Shown: positions 16,147 through 33,309 of the stretch, piece by piece
Layout of the letters: the number at the start of each line of letters is the position of its first letter
Position numbering within the stretch: position 1 is the first letter of the stretch
Source: the human T2T-CHM13v2.0 reference genome, Homo sapiens
Length of the DNA: 64,000 nt
Assembly: GCF_009914755.1 (NCBI RefSeq)
Contig: NC_060926.1
Reading direction: 5' to 3' (one strand)
The notes under the pieces: generated by a model
Database searches by the model: none
Told to the model about the DNA's origin: nothing
The model's input: the letters and a program-made list of their open reading frames with translations, nothing else
Made by a program: the position numbers and the translations under genes

Positions 16147-16560
16147 TTGTTGCGTGAATGAATGCTCCATAATAATAGTACAAAGAAAGATAAGACTTTC
16201 TTTTCTTTCTTTCAATACAAATAGCAGTGTCTTTAAGAAAGAATGTACATTGCTCTTAAATTCGACAGTTTTAAGTGTACTTTTCTGGCATGTGCAAGAA
16301 GTTAAAGGTATTCATATAAGTGTCTTTCTAATGCAGCATTTTTATAAATAGCATAAAAGGTGATACGATAATATAAGGACATCAAATTTAAATCATCCCA
16401 AAAAATACATTATCAAAATTTTTCAGGAAAATTGTCTTAGAAGAAGAGGCATTTTCTCAAAATCTTGCCCTATCGTTAATTGTAAGTAGCAGTAATTGAA
16501 TTGATACTTGAAGGAGATAAGGATATACATTCATCTAAAGCTTTATTTCCCTTTTCATAG

Positions 16561-16695
16561 ACAACAAATGAAGTTGTTTTGGCTGTGGAGTTTCACCCAA
16601 CAGATGCAAATACCATAATTACATGCGGTAAATCTCATATTTTCTTCTGGACCTGGAGCGGCAATTCACTAACAAGAAAACAGGGAATTTTTGGG
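16561..16695 (+). CDS. EML4: EML4 exon 12 (135 nt)
   Basis: tcatag acceptor; TTNEVVLAVEFHPTDANTIITCGKSHIFFWTWSGNSLTRKQGIFG; donor gtaaga. Confidence 0.97.
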
Positions 16696-16816
16696 GTAAG
16701 AATCAGATTGTTTTAATGTCATTAGGTGTATAAGACTTTAATTTTTTTAATTGTTTAATAAGCATCAAGTTGTCATGGCAAAAAGAAAACTGAAAATTTT
16801 TATTGTTTCCTTGTAG

Positions 16817-16952
16817 AAATATGAAAAGCCAAAATTTGTGCAGTGTTTAGCATTCTTGGGGAATGGAGATGTTCTTACTGGAGACTCAGGTGGAGTCATG
16901 CTTATATGGAGCAAAACTACTGTAGAGCCCACACCTGGGAAAGGACCTAAAG
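16817..16952 (+). CDS. EML4: EML4 exon 13 (136 nt); last EML4 exon of EML4-ALK variant 1
   Basis: ttgtag acceptor; KYEKPKFVQCLAFLGNGDVLTGDSGGVMLIWSKTTVEPTPGKGPK; phase-1 donor gtacag. Confidence 0.97.
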
Positions 16953-17911
16953 GTACAGTATTCTTATATTAAACTCATTTCTGGTAATTCTCACATAGTA
17001 CTCTTTCAGTCCCATCTCTTAGACCAGGAGAGAAAGAGCTGCAGTGTAACAATATGAGCAAGTCACCAACATACCTTTTGTTTTCAGCATTCTTCATAAT
17101 CTTTTTTTAATGAAATTATTTATCCAGTTATTTATTAAGCTTATATAACCCACATTTGACTATACTGAACCATTCCCTTTAGGAAGTTAATAATTAGAAA
17201 GAAATGATATGGATATATGTTAGTTTAAAAAGTATAAAGGCTCACTTTCCCCTGAGCTGGTTCTGGGATATCTGTTAGAGCAGAATGCATGGCCATGTGA
17301 TAAAATGGAAGAGTGGAGAGAAAAGGAATAAACTCATAGTTCAATCCACTTCTCCTTTTTCTTTTCCTCACTGCAGCCCTTCTTCCCAACCTTAGTGTAG
17401 GGGTCCTTGGCATCCATTCAGCTTTACCTCAAATCAGTTTTCCTAAAAAACACAGATTTATTCTTAAGTTTTATTTGCACCCAAATATACAGGTCCTCTT
17501 TGCCCTTTTCTACGGTAAATGAAAAAATTAGAGGAAGGACATGGAAAATAACCTTTTTTAAACCCCATTTTTCGTTACTATTTAAGAATAATCAAACTTT
17601 GAAAAAAATGTCCAGAGTACCATGTACTTCCTTCAGAGTAGGAGGTTCTAAGAGAAAAATTGGAGACCTGGTTCTAAAACCAGTGGGCCAGGAGAAGAGA
17701 GAGATTCTTAGCAGCAACAGGTGGTAACAGTAGAAATAGAACTAGCTAGGTCAGCCAGTCCTCAATAATTCACCAAAAAAAAAGTAAGAAAGGAGGTAAT
17801 GGGGAAATCACCCTGAGTTTTCTGAGACATTTCCCCTGGGGATTGGCAGGGCAACATGTCCTTTCTCTTGTTCATTCACCTCCCCTAAACACACTGGAAC
17901 AACACCTTACT

Positions 17912-17932
17912 TCTCTCTCTCTCTCTCTCTCT
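17912..17932. repeat. (CT)n microsatellite
   Basis: about 10 CT units. Confidence 0.9.
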
Positions 17933-18272
17933 GGAGTCCTTGCATCAGACCATGAAAATCACCCTAAGTGATTTATGAATAAGGGAATCCCTGTTCGTGT
18001 GCTCAGAAAGACCCGATTTACATATCTGCCTTCCCCAATAAGCTTTCCCTGGGCTAGCACAGTGTCTGGCATTTGCTATTAGCTGTTTGAAAACTATTTG
18101 TCAAACATTAAGGAAATAACTTTCATCTTAACTTTGGGTGTCAATGTAGGAGTAAAAGTTGAGTAGTATTGATGAAAGCACTGTTTTCACCGAAATGTGG
18201 AATTTAAATTTCGCATTACTGTTTTCTTATGACTGCACAGAGTTTCATACTGTATTTTTTAGGACAGATATT

Positions 18273-18370
18273 CAGATGCTCCTTGACTTCTGGATGGCAT
18301 TATATCCCGATAAATCTATCATAATGTCAAAAAATAATAAATTGAACCAACATAAGTTAGGCACTATCTG
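18273..18370. mobile_element. MER47-like short TcMar-Tigger element
   Basis: starts cagatgctccttgactt, ends aagttaggcactatctg|ta; ~98 bp with inverted termini. Confidence 0.7.
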
Positions 18371-20809
18371 TACGAAATTAATGTTTTAATTAAATGTTTT
18401 TCAAATCCATTCACCTGAATGTCTAAGCTTGGCAGTTGAATTAGACCTATTAAGAAGTTTAAAACAAGAAGCCTTAAATTGTATTACCATTGACTCCTAT
18501 CTCAATCATTGGCCATATATTCTTAGCCTCTTTCGTTCAGTTTAGGTTCAAAATTTACACACGAGAAGAATGGCAGTGGGTTGAGGGTTCTTAAAAAATA
18601 GAGTTACAACAACAATATATTATCAACTACTTTTCCCATTTATTTCTCTTTTCTTTTTTTCTTATTTTTCTTTCCTGGGCACATTTACTTAGTATCAGAA
18701 ATGCCAGGAACAGCATAGTCTATTAAAACAGTGACTTTTAAATTGTTCACGAATCTCCAACACTGAGCAGAATTTGCGTATAAATATACCCTTTTGTTAG
18801 CCTTAATATTTGTGTTCAGGTTGGAGACAGGAAGAAGAGGTTCAGAGGTTTTTATTTTGGTCTTTGAAAAATTTGTGGCTCAACCTCTCTACATATGCAC
18901 AAACAGGAAACAGGAAATCCAATCTTGTAAATTGCTGGGCACATGAAATGGCCTGTGTTGTACTTTGCCACATGACTAACCCTATTATGGGCAAAGTTGC
19001 TAAGAATTTGAGGTTTTCAATTGGCTGGGAAGAATTTGGTGAGCGCAGTGAAATAAATGGAAGTCCAGACCAGAATAAGTGTCCACAGTTTCCATTTTTT
19101 AATTCTGGCCCCCAGATTTCAGTAGATCCAATTTACATATTCCCAACTATGACATTTCTGCACCTGTGGCAGTCTTACCAACCAAAATTTGAGTGTACTG
19201 TGACATCCTGTCTGATAAAAGGAGATTTTTTGGATGGCAGAAGTATAATTTCACAACTAATCCTTTTACTTTTGTAATAGGAGACAAACCAAAACTGTAT
19301 TTTATGTCTTAAAAGTGCTTTTATATATTTTTTTCTTGTTTCCAAACCATTTCTTCCTTAAACATGAATTAATGTGAATCTTCAAAGTAATTAGTGTTTT
19401 CTGTTTCTTAAGTAGGTATGAGGTATTTGTTATTTATTTCCTACACATATGAAATAGATTGAAATTGTTCTTATGCAAAATAATTTGTAATCTTTTAAGT
19501 GGGTAAGTGGAAGTTGAGAGTATCTACAGAACCATTAAAATGTTCACCATTCTTAAGTCTTGCAAAGGAGCTAAGAAACACTGCCATTTTATGTGTTCTC
19601 CAAATAATCAAATGGGCCCAGTTGCTAAGAATACAACATAAATTTCAAAGTCTCCCTAATATTTTATTCTTTAAACAGGCACAGAAAGCCTTCCAAACAT
19701 CTTTATTTGGCAGGCAGTGTAAACTTGCTTTTTATGGAAGCTTTGTGTCTGTTAGAGATGAGAAGAAAGGGTGAGGTTTGTGATTAAGTTTGGATGGACT
19801 TGACCATATGAGTAAGCCTGAAGGCAGAGTAGGTTTTTTTAATTCAAGGATAATTATTTTCCTTGGCAGGGATTTGAAACATTATTTGGCAACTGAAATA
19901 TCAGAAATACAGGCCCATAAGAAAGACATCTTTGGCTATAAATTTGTTTTACAGGTAAATACTATATAAAGGAAACTTTGATAATTTGTTTAAATTAGAA
20001 ACACTAAATTTTTTAAGCTAAGTCGATACTAGGTCCACCTCAGGAAATAACTTTCCTGGAGTGAGAAGGACTCACTGACTTGATCACTATATAGAGTATT
20101 TTTATTTCTGATGAAGCATTTTTTTCTTCATTTTTTTTTCCAGTTTTCCATCATTCTGGGAGGATTTTAAGTGTTTAACAAGGTTTTTGTCATGTTTAGA
20201 AATACGGAAAGCAGACTTAAGCATAGAAAAGCTTTATTTTCTTACATTCTGATAGAGAACTATGAAACTCCCACACCTTTGCTTTTTGTGTTTTCTTACA
20301 TGATACCTTCAGGCTACTCTTGTTAGTTTGACCATGCACAGGGAAATAAGCCTAGAATTTGCTTTTCTCTATTTTTATTATCCAAATAAAGCCAGTAGTA
20401 CTCTCAGAAAATTCTCATCTCTCAGGTGTCCTCCCTCTCGTGGTAACATCAGAACAGAGATAGATACTTATCTACCTATGCCAGTGAACACAGTTGTGTT
20501 GTTCAATTTTTAAGGTATTTTTAGATGATAAATATTGATGTAAGTGGAGACAGTTGACCTGAACAGCAAGTTTGTTGGAGTTCTACTTCCAGCTCTGCTG
20601 AATTGGGCAAGTTCTCCTCCAAATCAAGCAAGCCCTTTCCTGTCTCCCTGCCATATATACCCATCTGTTAAGTATTTGTACCACTAGCATACTCAAACTG
20701 AGACATAATTTTTTTTAGGATACCAAAGCCTTAGAAATTTTAGTCAATTTGTTAAGTATAATAGCAGCTCAAATAGATGAGTAAAAAAGAACAATCTCAG
20801 TAACAGCTT

Positions 20810-21555
20810 CGATATATAATTCACATACCATGAAATCTACCCTGTTGAAGTATGCCTTTAAGTTCAGTGGTTTTTAGTATATTTACAAGGTTGTGCAGCC
20901 ATCACCACTATCTGACCTAAGGACATTTTCATCACCCCAAAAAGAAAGCCTGTACCCATTAGTAGTCACTTTCTATTTCTCCCTCCCCTCAGCCCCTAGG
21001 TAACCACCAATTTCCTTTAGGTCTCTATAGATTTACTTGTTGATGACATTTCATATAAATGGAGTCATACAATGTGTGGTCTTTTATGACTTGCTTCTTT
21101 CACTTAGTTTTTTTTGTTTTGTTTTGTTTGTTTGTTTTTTGAGATGGAGTTTCACTCTTGTTGCCCAGGCTGGAGTGCAGTGGTGCGATTTCGGCTCACT
21201 GAACCTCCGCCTCCCAGGTTCAAGCGATTCTCCTGCCTCAGCCTCCCAAGTAGCTGGGATTACAGGCGTGTGCCATCATGCCCGGCTAATTTTGTGTTTT
21301 TAGTAGAGAGGGTTTTGCCATGTTGGCCAGGTTGGTTTCAAACATCTGACCTCAGGTGATCCACCCACCTCGGCCTCCCAAAGTGCTGGGATTACAGGTG
21401 TGAGCCACAGTGCCCAGCCTTCACTTAGCATTATGTTTTTAAGATTCATCCATGTGGTGGTAGCATGTGTCAATACCTCATTCCTTTTTATGGCTGAGTA
21501 ATATCACATTGTATAGACATACTGTGTTTTTAAAATCTATTCATCAGTTGAGGAA
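20810..21555 (-). mobile_element. Old L1 3' fragment interrupted by an Alu
   Basis: gatatataattcacatacc...catttcatataaatggagtcatac...tatggctgagtaatat. Confidence 0.8.
21108..21419 (-). mobile_element. AluS
   Basis: antisense dimer; TSD ttcacttag. Confidence 0.9.
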
Positions 21556-22674
21556 CAGTTTTAGAAAATGAATAGTTGTTAAACCTGAATTTTTTCAAGA
21601 GGACTAAGGGCTGTTTATTGACTTACTTTGGCCATATTTCAATAAGGTTCTACCTTCCCATTTTGAACCTGGTAACTAATTCTGTAGGACATCATCTTCC
21701 AAAAAGCTTTACTCTTGCTCTGCTAGCCTATCTAGCTAAAGAGCTTCTCTGAGTAAGGCATTTATGAATACCAAAGAAAAAGGTATGAGTACTATCATCT
21801 TATTCTCACCCTTAAAAGGGGGCAAAATATAATTTAAAAAACCACATGTGTTTGCCTAAAAGACCTTTTATGTACCCCCTTGGTCTCTCCCTGGGTACTT
21901 AACAAAGTGTGCTATGGGTATACAAGAAAACTGGGCTGTTATTTAGCCATCACATTGGTACAGCTGAATCAATTTTTAAAATACTGAAATTATTCTCTGC
22001 TAGTAGGTCAAAAGCCATCACTGCAGGTATCCATTGCCTACCTTTGTCCCAATAACTTCTGTAGTGCCCCCATATCTCAGCAAATAAAGGGGAGTAATCC
22101 TTGGCACAGCAGAAGGCCTCTGGGTTAACAATGGTTGTAAAACGTTAAACGTTGTGACTGTTACCTCAGAAGGTCAACCAAAGATGTTTTTGCAAAGTTA
22201 AAGGAACATCAAGGTGGGAGACTTGAGCCTAGTCACAGCTTTGTTATTAGCTAACTATGTGGTATCCCCTAAGCTGCTCCTGTACCTCTTGTGTCTTGAG
22301 CTCTCATATCAGAAGAGTGACACCTACCCTAGCTACCATACAAGATGATTATGAGAGATAGTAAAGTTCTGAAACCTATACTATATCCCCTTTCGTCTGT
22401 GGAATTATCACTACTTTTGCTTTGGTTTTTTGTAGGAAAATATTTTGAAATATTTTCAGAGTAAATAAATATTGACAGAAATGCAAAAGATTGTATTATA
22501 CCCTAAACTTTACTACCTGCTTTGCACAAAAGACTTGCTGAAAATAGGTTTTTGATTGAGTCATATGAACTTTCTGATTATTAACTCTAGTTCTACTGAA
22601 GTTTTCTTCCAAATAGACACTAAAATCTGAAGAAAAGTATTATCACTAGTGTTTTTATTTTTCCCTCATATTAG

Positions 22675-22826
22675 GTGTATATCAAATCAGCAAACAAATC
22701 AAAGCTCATGATGGCAGTGTGTTCACACTTTGTCAGATGAGAAATGGGATGTTATTAACTGGAGGAGGGAAAGACAGAAAAATAATTCTGTGGGATCATG
22801 ATCTGAATCCTGAAAGAGAAATAGAG
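22675..22826 (+). CDS. EML4: EML4 exon 14 (152 nt)
   Basis: attag acceptor; VYQISKQIKAHDGSVFTLCQMRNGMLLTGGGKDRKIILWDHDLNPEREIE; donor gtaagg. Confidence 0.97.
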
Positions 22827-23911
22827 GTAAGGATGGAAACGGAATATAAAAATATTAAATACTCTAAACTCAGGTATTTTGTCCCACATTAAGATAACTT
22901 ATACTTTTCTGGCAAACTTATTAAATTCTTATAATTTCATTTCCTTTCCTCAAGAAAGGAGTTTGTTGTTGCCTTTAAGATAACTTTTTTCAAAAAAAAA
23001 AGACCATTAAAATAATTTGAAAGACTATTTTTAAAGATTAGGCAGAATAATTTGCCTGTTAAAACCAGAGCAAATGTCACAAAGTTTAATTTTTCTTCTC
23101 TTTTTTGGTGATTTATATTTTGGATTTATGCTTAGTGTTTTTTTTTCTACGTGTAGCATTCTTTCCAGAGAAAATCTTCTGGAAAATCCTCTTAAAAAGA
23201 GGATCCTGATAGTACTGCTCTTGGATTTTATTTCCAGGAAGATAGATAATAAAGAGTTGCTTAATCACAACCTTCAGTTCATACTGAAAATGCAACTTCC
23301 ATCACTGTTTTCTTCACAGATAACTCATATCCTTTGTTAATAAAAGCTATACAATCTAGTTCACTCCTTCCTTTCCCATTTCTAATGTAAATTTGGATTC
23401 CTCTTAGAGTTCAGTTATTTGTATTTTTAGGAGTAATTTTAGATCCCACTTGATAAAGTGGGATTTATAATTCCATTATTTCAGAATCATTCTTTGAGAT
23501 TATTATTAAATGTATTAACACAGCATTCACTGAGATTGTTCCATGTATTGCATTAAATGAAATTGCTCTCCCAAGGAATCCTATTATTATAATACTTTAT
23601 AATATATTGTTTTTTAATTTACAGAGAACTTCTACATTACATTTTTTTAATTGACACATTGTAATTGAACATATTTATGGGATACAATCTGATGTTTTGA
23701 TGCAGATATGCTGTATAGTAATCCAGTCAGGGTAGTTAGTATGTCTGTTGCCTCATGCATTTATCATTTTTTTGTGGTGAGAATATTTTTATATTTTGAT
23801 CCTTACAACAATCAAGAGTGGGTAGGGCATGTATTATTATCCTTATATTACAGAAAATGTTTCTTAGGCTAAGTAACTTACCCAAAGTAATGTAACTAAT
23901 ATAACTAATAA

Positions 23912-24289
<378 letters not shown>

Positions 24290-24537
24290 TAACTCCTAAA
24301 GTCATATAAAATATACGTTTAAAATTAACTGAAGCAAAGAATGTTGATAATTATTATAACTTCTGTATAATAAAATGTCATTGGACAAATAAATTAGTAG
24401 TAGTATGAGATTACCATATCCAAATTTGGGCTTTCGTCATAATTACCTCATAATTGCTTACAGCTATAAATGCAGGCTTCGAGTAGTAATTAATGCATAT
24501 TAGTATGTATATGGTGACTTTACACTTTTTTTTCTAG

Positions 24538-24663
24538 GTTCCTGATCAGTATGGCACAATCAGAGCTGTAGCAGAAGGAAAGGCAGATCAATTTTTAGTA
24601 GGCACATCACGAAACTTTATTTTACGAGGAACATTTAATGATGGCTTCCAAATAGAAGTACAG
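24538..24663 (+). CDS. EML4: EML4 exon 15 (126 nt)
   Basis: ttctag acceptor; VPDQYGTIRAVAEGKADQFLVGTSRNFILRGTFNDGFQIEVQ; donor gtaagc. Confidence 0.97.
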
Positions 24664-24748
24664 GTAAGCTGTGTGATATTAACCGTTAACTGAATATTTT
24701 TTATGATATTCTTTGGTTCTTATAACAATGAGTGTCTTTCATTTTCAG

Positions 24749-24880
24749 GGTCATACAGATGAGCTTTGGGGTCTTGCCACACATCCCTTCAAAGATTTGC
24801 TCTTGACATGTGCTCAGGACAGGCAGGTGTGCCTGTGGAACTCAATGGAACACAGGCTGGAATGGACCAGGCTGGTAGAT
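24749..24880 (+). CDS. EML4: EML4 exon 16 (132 nt)
   Basis: tttcag acceptor after an 85-nt intron; GHTDELWGLATHPFKDLLLTCAQDRQVCLWNSMEHRLEWTRLVD; donor gtgagt. Confidence 0.97.
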
Positions 24881-25077
24881 GTGAGTGAAGCAGGATGTGA
24901 TTATTAACCTCCCCACAGAAACTCCTCACACTGGCAGTTGAGAGCAGCAAAGTAAAAAGGACTAAGTGTTGATTCAAACCAAATGTAAACATATGGTTTA
25001 GTAATAGAGGGTGGAGATAAGAGGGTAGCGTTTAGTCTTAAAGTGTGAACATGAACCGATTTTAAAGAAGTAAGTTA

Positions 25078-25400
<323 letters not shown>

Positions 25401-25917
25401 TCAATTTGTCCATCAGCTTCAGTAGTAAAATCATAAAGATTTCACATATCTACATAGCATTAATTATTATGGAAACATTTGTGCCTCGGGTGGCATTGCA
25501 GTTGGATTCAGTAAGTGCTGCTCACTAACAGGCTCTACTGTCTTCTTTCTGGGTGGTCTCTTACTGTATTTTCTCTCTACCCAACCCAGATATCCACCTT
25601 CTCTAGCCCAAGAGGTGTATATAAGTTCTTTGTGGATGCTAAAGAACTGTACCAGTGTTTGTTGTTATTATCCTTATTATTGTTCCACTCCCTAGCCACA
25701 AGCTGGTTGTCCCTTTCCCTCACCACTCTGCCAGCATATCCCCTTCATGCTCTGAAATTCTTTTTCCTCTCATATCTGTGTGGTATTTCTCATTAGCTAC
25801 AAAGTTGATTGAAATGTTATGTTTGAATGAAACAGGTTATTTTCAGAAGTTTTTGCTACTGTCCCCATAGGGAGACTTTCTCATGTACTCCCCAACAGCT
25901 GTCTGTCTCTTTTCTAG

Positions 25918-25985
25918 GAACCAGGACACTGTGCAGATTTTCATCCAAGTGGCACAGTGGTGGCCATAGGAACGCACTCAGGCAG
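25918..25985 (+). CDS. EML4: EML4 exon 17 (68 nt)
   Basis: ttctag acceptor; EPGHCADFHPSGTVVAIGTHSG(R); donor gtaggg. Confidence 0.96.
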
Positions 25986-26239
25986 GTAGGGTCTTTAAGT
26001 GAACTGAGTAATCTGAAGTGGTGGGATGTTTAAATGCTATTCAGGAATGTTCTCAATCTGATCTGGAGAATTAATCTCTTAAGTGGCACACTAATATGCT
26101 TGTTGTTCTTATCCGTTTTGTATATTCATAGAATTCAATTATTTATTGAGCACCTGCCTTTTGCGACATGCTACATGCTATTGTGTGTATTCAGAATACA
26201 TCAGAAAACAAAACAAAAATTCCTGTCCTGTGAAGCCTA

Positions 26240-26695
<456 letters not shown>

Positions 26696-27831
26696 TTATC
26701 ACGAATTATATTAGAAAATGTTAAGAACCATGTGAGGATAGGGAAAATGATGGGAGATTAAGAGGGAGTGCAGTTGCAAAATGATAGAGTGGTCATTATG
26801 GGCTTCATTGAAAAGGAGTTGCAGATTTGACTTTTCCTTTGTGAAATGAGAAGAATCAGAAAATTTCTCTCCTCATCTTTTATGCAGGGGAAGGATTTGA
26901 AGCTGATGTAACACCATTGAGCATTTATAAGTTGTTTGTGCTATACCTTTTGCCATCCTGTCTTTTTTAAATGCTACGCAGATATATAATAAAGATATAT
27001 TTTCTAAAATAATTTAAGACCTGTCTTGCAGACCTTGTATAGTACCTAAGGTTAACATGTTTATGATTTATATATCTTTAATTGACTCAACTTTATTGCC
27101 TCTGCTAGTAAGTAGTCCTTCTCACATTTTTTAAGGAGACAAAAACATGAAGTCAATTTTCCCAAAATTAAACTCATTAAAAAATGTGGAATGCTGATTT
27201 TTAATAGGGTGAGACTATTGTGAACATGCTTATGTAAATATTTTTGTTTCTATATAAGACTTAAATACTTTAAACCAACTAATTCATTTAATTCTAACTA
27301 AATTTAGTCATTTAGAGGGGTTTTTTTATAGCGATTTTTCCTTCTGGCTGTTAGATACAAATTAACACCTGAAATGTGAAAACATTCCAATTTCTTCTTA
27401 CATATAGTGCTGCAGAATCTTTCAGAATAATGGAAAAATAGGTCTTTAAAGATAATTGAATTATGAATGTGAAACTAGAGATGCTATTGAGTGAAATCAT
27501 TGAATTTTTAGAATTAGGCTGCTTGAGAGAGCATTTGGTGATACTTTGCAAATATAGAAGGCTAGCTCAGATCTTCCCCAAAACACGTAAGTAATAGATC
27601 ATGATGAGGTTTAAAAGCACTTAGACTTGGACATTTGTCCATTTGGACCGAGTTTGGTCCATTCTCTTTGAGAAAGACACATGACAGGTAACTGTAGGAT
27701 TTGGAGGAAATTATTTTCTTCAACCAAAAAAAATGGTTAAGCACACAGGAAACCATCTGAGGTGTAGTGCTGATCCAGTTTTCAGAAAACCACAAAGGAA
27801 TTCACTTCAGATCTTTATTTTTGGCAGCTAA

Positions 27832-28222
<391 letters not shown>

Positions 28223-29060
28223 GCTAAATTCTTTTTATATGTTACTCTTCACAAGAATGTAACATAGTGTTTATTAATATCGTGATTGCACAGACAGGAA
28301 ACCAAGACCCATAGAGTTCTGTTACCTGTGATTGAGCTCAGGTTCTGCATGGTTCCAAAGCTTGTCCTTTCCTCTAATCCAACAGTACTCTTTGAGATAT
28401 TTACAGCATTAATTAGAAATATTGTTAGGAAGGTTTATCTTTGACAATTAAATCACTGATTGACATTGTTAAAGCATACTATGTATACAAGGGAGTTAAA
28501 CACTAAATGGGCGATTGTAAGGCTAGCGGGGTTTGAATCATGAAGATAAACTGCTTTGGTTGAAGAAAACACTGTGTGTTTACAAATAGACATACACAGC
28601 CCCAATTTGTAGGGAAAATTGTTCTGAAAAACTCACTGAAATTACTTTCCAGCATTTACATAGCTGTGAAGTCATCATTGACAAGCTTAAAATGGAAAGT
28701 CACTCAATTTTAGTGACTTAAACTAAAGGTAAGCCAATTGGTTTCTCTTGGAGTTGTAAGTAGAAAACACTTCATGAGAGTGATGTGATAACTAAATTGA
28801 AAGTGCTGGCAGTCCATTTGGGGATTGATTAGAATCTAGGGGAGATGTAGTTGTCAGTGTTCATTCTGTATGTAACTCCTGTCTTTGGTTTCAGATCTGG
28901 TTAGGTTCTGTTGATCCTTGGGGAACTTTCTCATTTGTTTTTATTTTTGCCTTGGATCTATGAATACCTGAATGTATTGTCTAAAATGGAAAAATCTTAA
29001 TGTAGCCATTCTATTACTATCACTGACCCTAGGCCTGAAAAAAGTCACACCTAGGGTTAA

Positions 29061-29378
<318 letters not shown>

Positions 29379-29647
29379 AAGGACATTTTTCTAGTAGAAT
29401 GCAACACATGTCCAAGTTGTGCATGATCCAAAAAAAGTGACTAGTAAAAAAAAGTAATGATGTCTTCATGTCCAGATCTAGATATCTTCTACTTCATGTA
29501 ACTAAAGAGTAAGCACAGTGTGAATAAAGCATCAAATAAGTACAATTATCATTTTAAAATAATGTCTTATTAATGTAATTTTAAGAGAAAAAAATTAAAC
29601 ATATAACCTTAAGTGGACATAGTACTTCCTTAACACGTTAATGCTGC

Positions 29648-29936
<289 letters not shown>

Positions 29937-29959
29937 GTTAATGCTCACATAGAAAGGAT

Positions 29960-31665
<1,706 letters not shown>

Positions 31666-31682
31666 TGTAAGGCCTAATGGAT

Positions 31683-31788
31683 CTTTCTTCCTTTCTCCCC
31701 TTCCCCTTTCCCTTCCCATTCCCCTTTCCCTTCCCCTTTCCCTTTCCCTTCCCTTTCTCCTTCCCCTTCCCCTTCCCTTTTCCCTTTT
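31683..31788. repeat. Polypyrimidine (CCCTT/CCCTTT/CCCCTT)n tract in the place of an Alu tail
   Basis: ~105 nt with one purine; abuts the 3' end of an antisense Alu. Confidence 0.92.
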
Positions 31789-32069
31789 GCAGAGTCTTGC
31801 TCTGTCTCCCAGGCTGGAGTGCAGTGACGTAATCTCAGCTCACTTGCAGCCTCTGCCTCCTGGGTTCAAGTGATTCTCATGCCTCAACCTCCCAGGTAGC
31901 TGGGACTACAAGCGTGCACCACCATGCCTGGCTAATTTTTGTATTTTCAGTAGAGACAGGGTTTCACCATGTTGGTCAAGCTGGTCTTGAACTCCTGACC
32001 TCAAGTGATCTGCTTGTCTCAGCCTCCCAAAGTGCTGGAATTACAGGCATGAGCCCCCACTCCCAGCCA
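31789..32069 (-). mobile_element. AluS
   Basis: antisense dimer. Confidence 0.9.
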
Positions 32070-32708
32070 GAAGCTTGGTTCTAATGTATATACTCCAGAC
32101 TAGAATAAGAATACAATGAAATAGTAAAAACTTAAATATTTATTTGGCCATCATGGTGGCTCAGGCCCAAGGCCCAGGCCGGAAGATCTCTTGAAGCCAG
32201 GAGTGAAACTTAAAAAACATTTTTTTTTAATTTGTAGAAAATCCCCTTGGCTAGAGGATTTGTTGTTAGAGATAGAGCCTCTGAGCCCAAAAGTCTTTTC
32301 TGAAGGTAAAACATAGTCCTTACAATGAAAAGGGGTGAGAACTCCAAAATTATATATGGAAGTTGTATATCTTTAATAACAAACATTGAATTACTACTAA
32401 AAATGATTTACCAAAAGTAGAAGAATTAGTGTCTAATAATGTATTAATAATTAAAGAAATAGAAAACTTAGGCACGGTTTTGGTGGGGGTTTTTTGGTTT
32501 CTTTTTTGATAGTCACTATCTCTAACCAGTAAATGACTTAAGAGTTTTAGGTTTCTACACATTTTACCAAAACAGACACTCTAGGGTTTCATTACATTCT
32601 CAGGGAGTGTCCAAAGAGATAAAATTACATAGTTTTCCTAGGAAGATTAAACTGACTTTGAAACAGTCTTAAAACAGCATTAGTTAGGGCTTCTCCAAAA
32701 TAAAAATT

Positions 32709-32974
32709 GGGCTGGTGCGGTGCTCACACCTGTAATCCCAGCACTTTGGGAGGCCAAGGTGGGAGGATTGCTTTAGCCTCGGAGTTCGAGACCAGCAACA
32801 TGGCAAAACCCCTCCTCTACAAAAAATTAGCCAGGCGTGGTAGCACATGCTTTTGGTCCCAGCTACTTGGGAGGCTAAGGTGGGAGGATCACCTGAGAGG
32901 CTGGGAGGTTGAGGCTGCAGTAAACTGCACTCCAGCCTGGGCAACAGAGCGAGACCCTGTCTCAAAAAAAAAAA
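32709..32974 (+). mobile_element. AluJ
   Basis: sense dimer with small deletions. Confidence 0.85.
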
Positions 32975-33309
32975 ATGGTAATAATTTTTAAATGCATGAG
33001 AGTGTCATAAAGTTTCCATAAACTCATTAAAAACTCACCTGATACAGAGCAGTTCTGTATCTTGTCATTTTGGTGTGTCAGTTCAGTCTGAATTGGGATA
33101 TTATTTTGTTCCCTTTCTCTAAAAAGGCACTTGGCATCAGCTTTGGCATTTCTAGGCCCAGAAGAATTTCAGGGATACTCATAAAAATTGGTTAATGAGT
33201 TACATTCTCAGAAGAAACATAACCTATGGGTACTGTCCAGTTGCAATAAAGTGTATGTCTTATGTGCTTTTTTTATTTTATATTTTACTTTTAATGTTAT
33301 TTTAAAATA

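Noticed and set aside
18810-19277. 155-aa ORF in intron 13
   Set aside because: Non-ATG start, no recognisable homology, and no convincing splice context.
16953-22674. EML4-ALK rearrangement junction
   Set aside because: Exons 14-23 follow colinearly and no ALK sequence was recognised.
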